Shown here: positions 62,637-64,000 of the stretch, in pieces
Numbering within the stretch: the stretch's first letter is position 1
Layout of the letters: every line of letters begins with the position of its first letter
Assembly (NCBI RefSeq): GCF_006345805.1
Contig: NC_042998.1
Location: forward strand, 204,910,001 to 204,974,000
Length of the DNA stretch: 64,000 nt
Source: Octopus sinensis
Lineage: Eukaryota
Direction of reading: 5' to 3'
Position numbers and translations under genes: made by a program
Notes under the pieces: model-generated
The model's database searches: none
The model's input: the letters and a program-made list of their open reading frames with translations, nothing else
Told to the model about the DNA's origin: nothing

Positions 62637-63511
62637 CTCCCCCTCTCTCTCTCTCTCTCTCTCTCGCTTTCTCTCTCTCTCCCCCTCTCTCTCTCTTTCT
62701 CTCTCTAAACAAGAAACCCTCTGTATTTATGCCTGGAAAGGGATGGAGGAGGTCTGTCATGTGTTTAATCCTTTCACACCCAAACCAGCCATATCTGGGG
62801 CCCGAATATTCTCCCAGTTTCATGTACAAACTAGTCAGATCCCGCCTCTCACACCAACCCTACAACGTGTTTCTAAAGCTAAACAATATCACATCATCGA
62901 AATCTCAAAGCCCTGAGATAATTCAAAACTACATTTGCCAGAGCAATCTGAATGCTAAAGGCTCAGGGTACTCAAGACACAATGGTGCCACCCCAATAAT
63001 TTTATCAAGGAGTTAAAAACCCCCACCCCACTCTAATTACGTCGTGGTAGAGTCATAACAACATTTAAAGTGCACATTATTGTCATTTTTCCCTTTTATT
63101 TCTTATTAATATTGTATTCTATAATAAAACTGTACAAATATCAAAGAACCTCTTCATTGTGTCAGTGAGGAGATTGTAGGAAAATCCAGTGGTACCCTGG
63201 CAGGGTTTGAACTGAAAACAGAATTAATTGCCAAAAACGATTTGGTTTGACATTCACCTCCATCATATTAGTGTTGTTGTTGTTGTTGTTTGGCGCCCCC
63301 AAGACAGTCTGGACTGAGTTGACCGGTGAGTAGAGGTGTTCCCGGGTTGACCATCCTGTCATTATGTATATCAAGACAACTCCATTGTCTCTTGTAATGA
63401 ATGCATGGCTCTATCGCTTACAGACGGAGACATGTGTCTGTGTGAGTGTATATATGTGTCTGCGTGTAGATGTGTTGACTATATGTGCATATTTGAAGGC
63501 ATACCATATTC

Positions 63512-63914
63512 GGATCTTTTCACTTTGACCGGCAGATTTAAAAAATAATTTCTTTGTAACTAAACACTTTTAAACTTCATATACTGGTAGAATGTGTCAC
63601 ATAAGACATCTTTTCCTCTTGGCGTTTTTGAGAAAATTCTGTAAATGGTGACAAACGAAATATACACAGCCGGAACTTCTTGTTGACAAACAGCAGCAGT
63701 AATTGTATTCACCTCAATAAACGTCATTGATTGGTCGAAATTGCCGAAATATGAGAAATTTAACAACAAATAGCTTACAAACTAGAGAATTTTTTCAAAA
63801 ACGCCAAGAGAAAAAGATTTTTTATGTAACACATTCTATCAGTATACGAAGTTTAAAAGTGTTTAGTTACAAAGAAATTATTTTTTATATCTGCCGGTCA
63901 AAGTGAAAAGATCC
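63512..63914. mobile_element. MITE with about 128-bp TIRs starting GG and an 8-bp TSD (Merlin-like)
   Basis: GGATCTTTTCACTTTGACCGGCAG ends; TSD ccatattc at 63504-63511 and 63915-63922. Confidence 0.9.
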
Positions 63915-64000
63915 CCATATTCTAAGATGTATTAGGTTAAAAAAATATGGGAGTTTCTTATACATAAATAGTATTATAATCCCTAACAAAACCGTTTTTG

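Overview
AT-rich, microsatellite-dense animal genomic DNA, most likely an octopus or other coleoid cephalopod. That assignment is an inference from the SINE repertoire and composition, not from a search. No intact protein-coding gene can be supported, and most ORF-track entries are simple-repeat artefacts. The window holds many copies of four recurrent SINE families (my labels S1-S4), MITEs with clean TIR/TSD signatures (hAT, piggyBac-type, Merlin-like, TA-flanked), a near full-length decayed hAT transposase, and a stack of Helitrons, one retaining a PIF1-helicase fragment. It also has fragments of CR1, CRE-type (RLE), Penelope (GIY-YIG), mariner, maT and pogo elements, plus LTR-like relics. 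The best host-gene signal is a candidate 3'-terminal exon with a poly(A) site on the minus strand at about 57.7-58.5 kb. The most interesting signal is a set of minimal type-I hammerhead-ribozyme folds in several unrelated non-autonomous elements. One is complete but carries a swapped G3-C8 core inside a fold-back insertion (11211-11261), and another sits in a tRNA-headed SINE-like element (2513-2558). Together they suggest a Penelope-mobilised, retrozyme-like system. A pre-miRNA-like or editing-type hairpin lies at 10060-10148. All folds and translations were done by hand and need computational and experimental confirmation.
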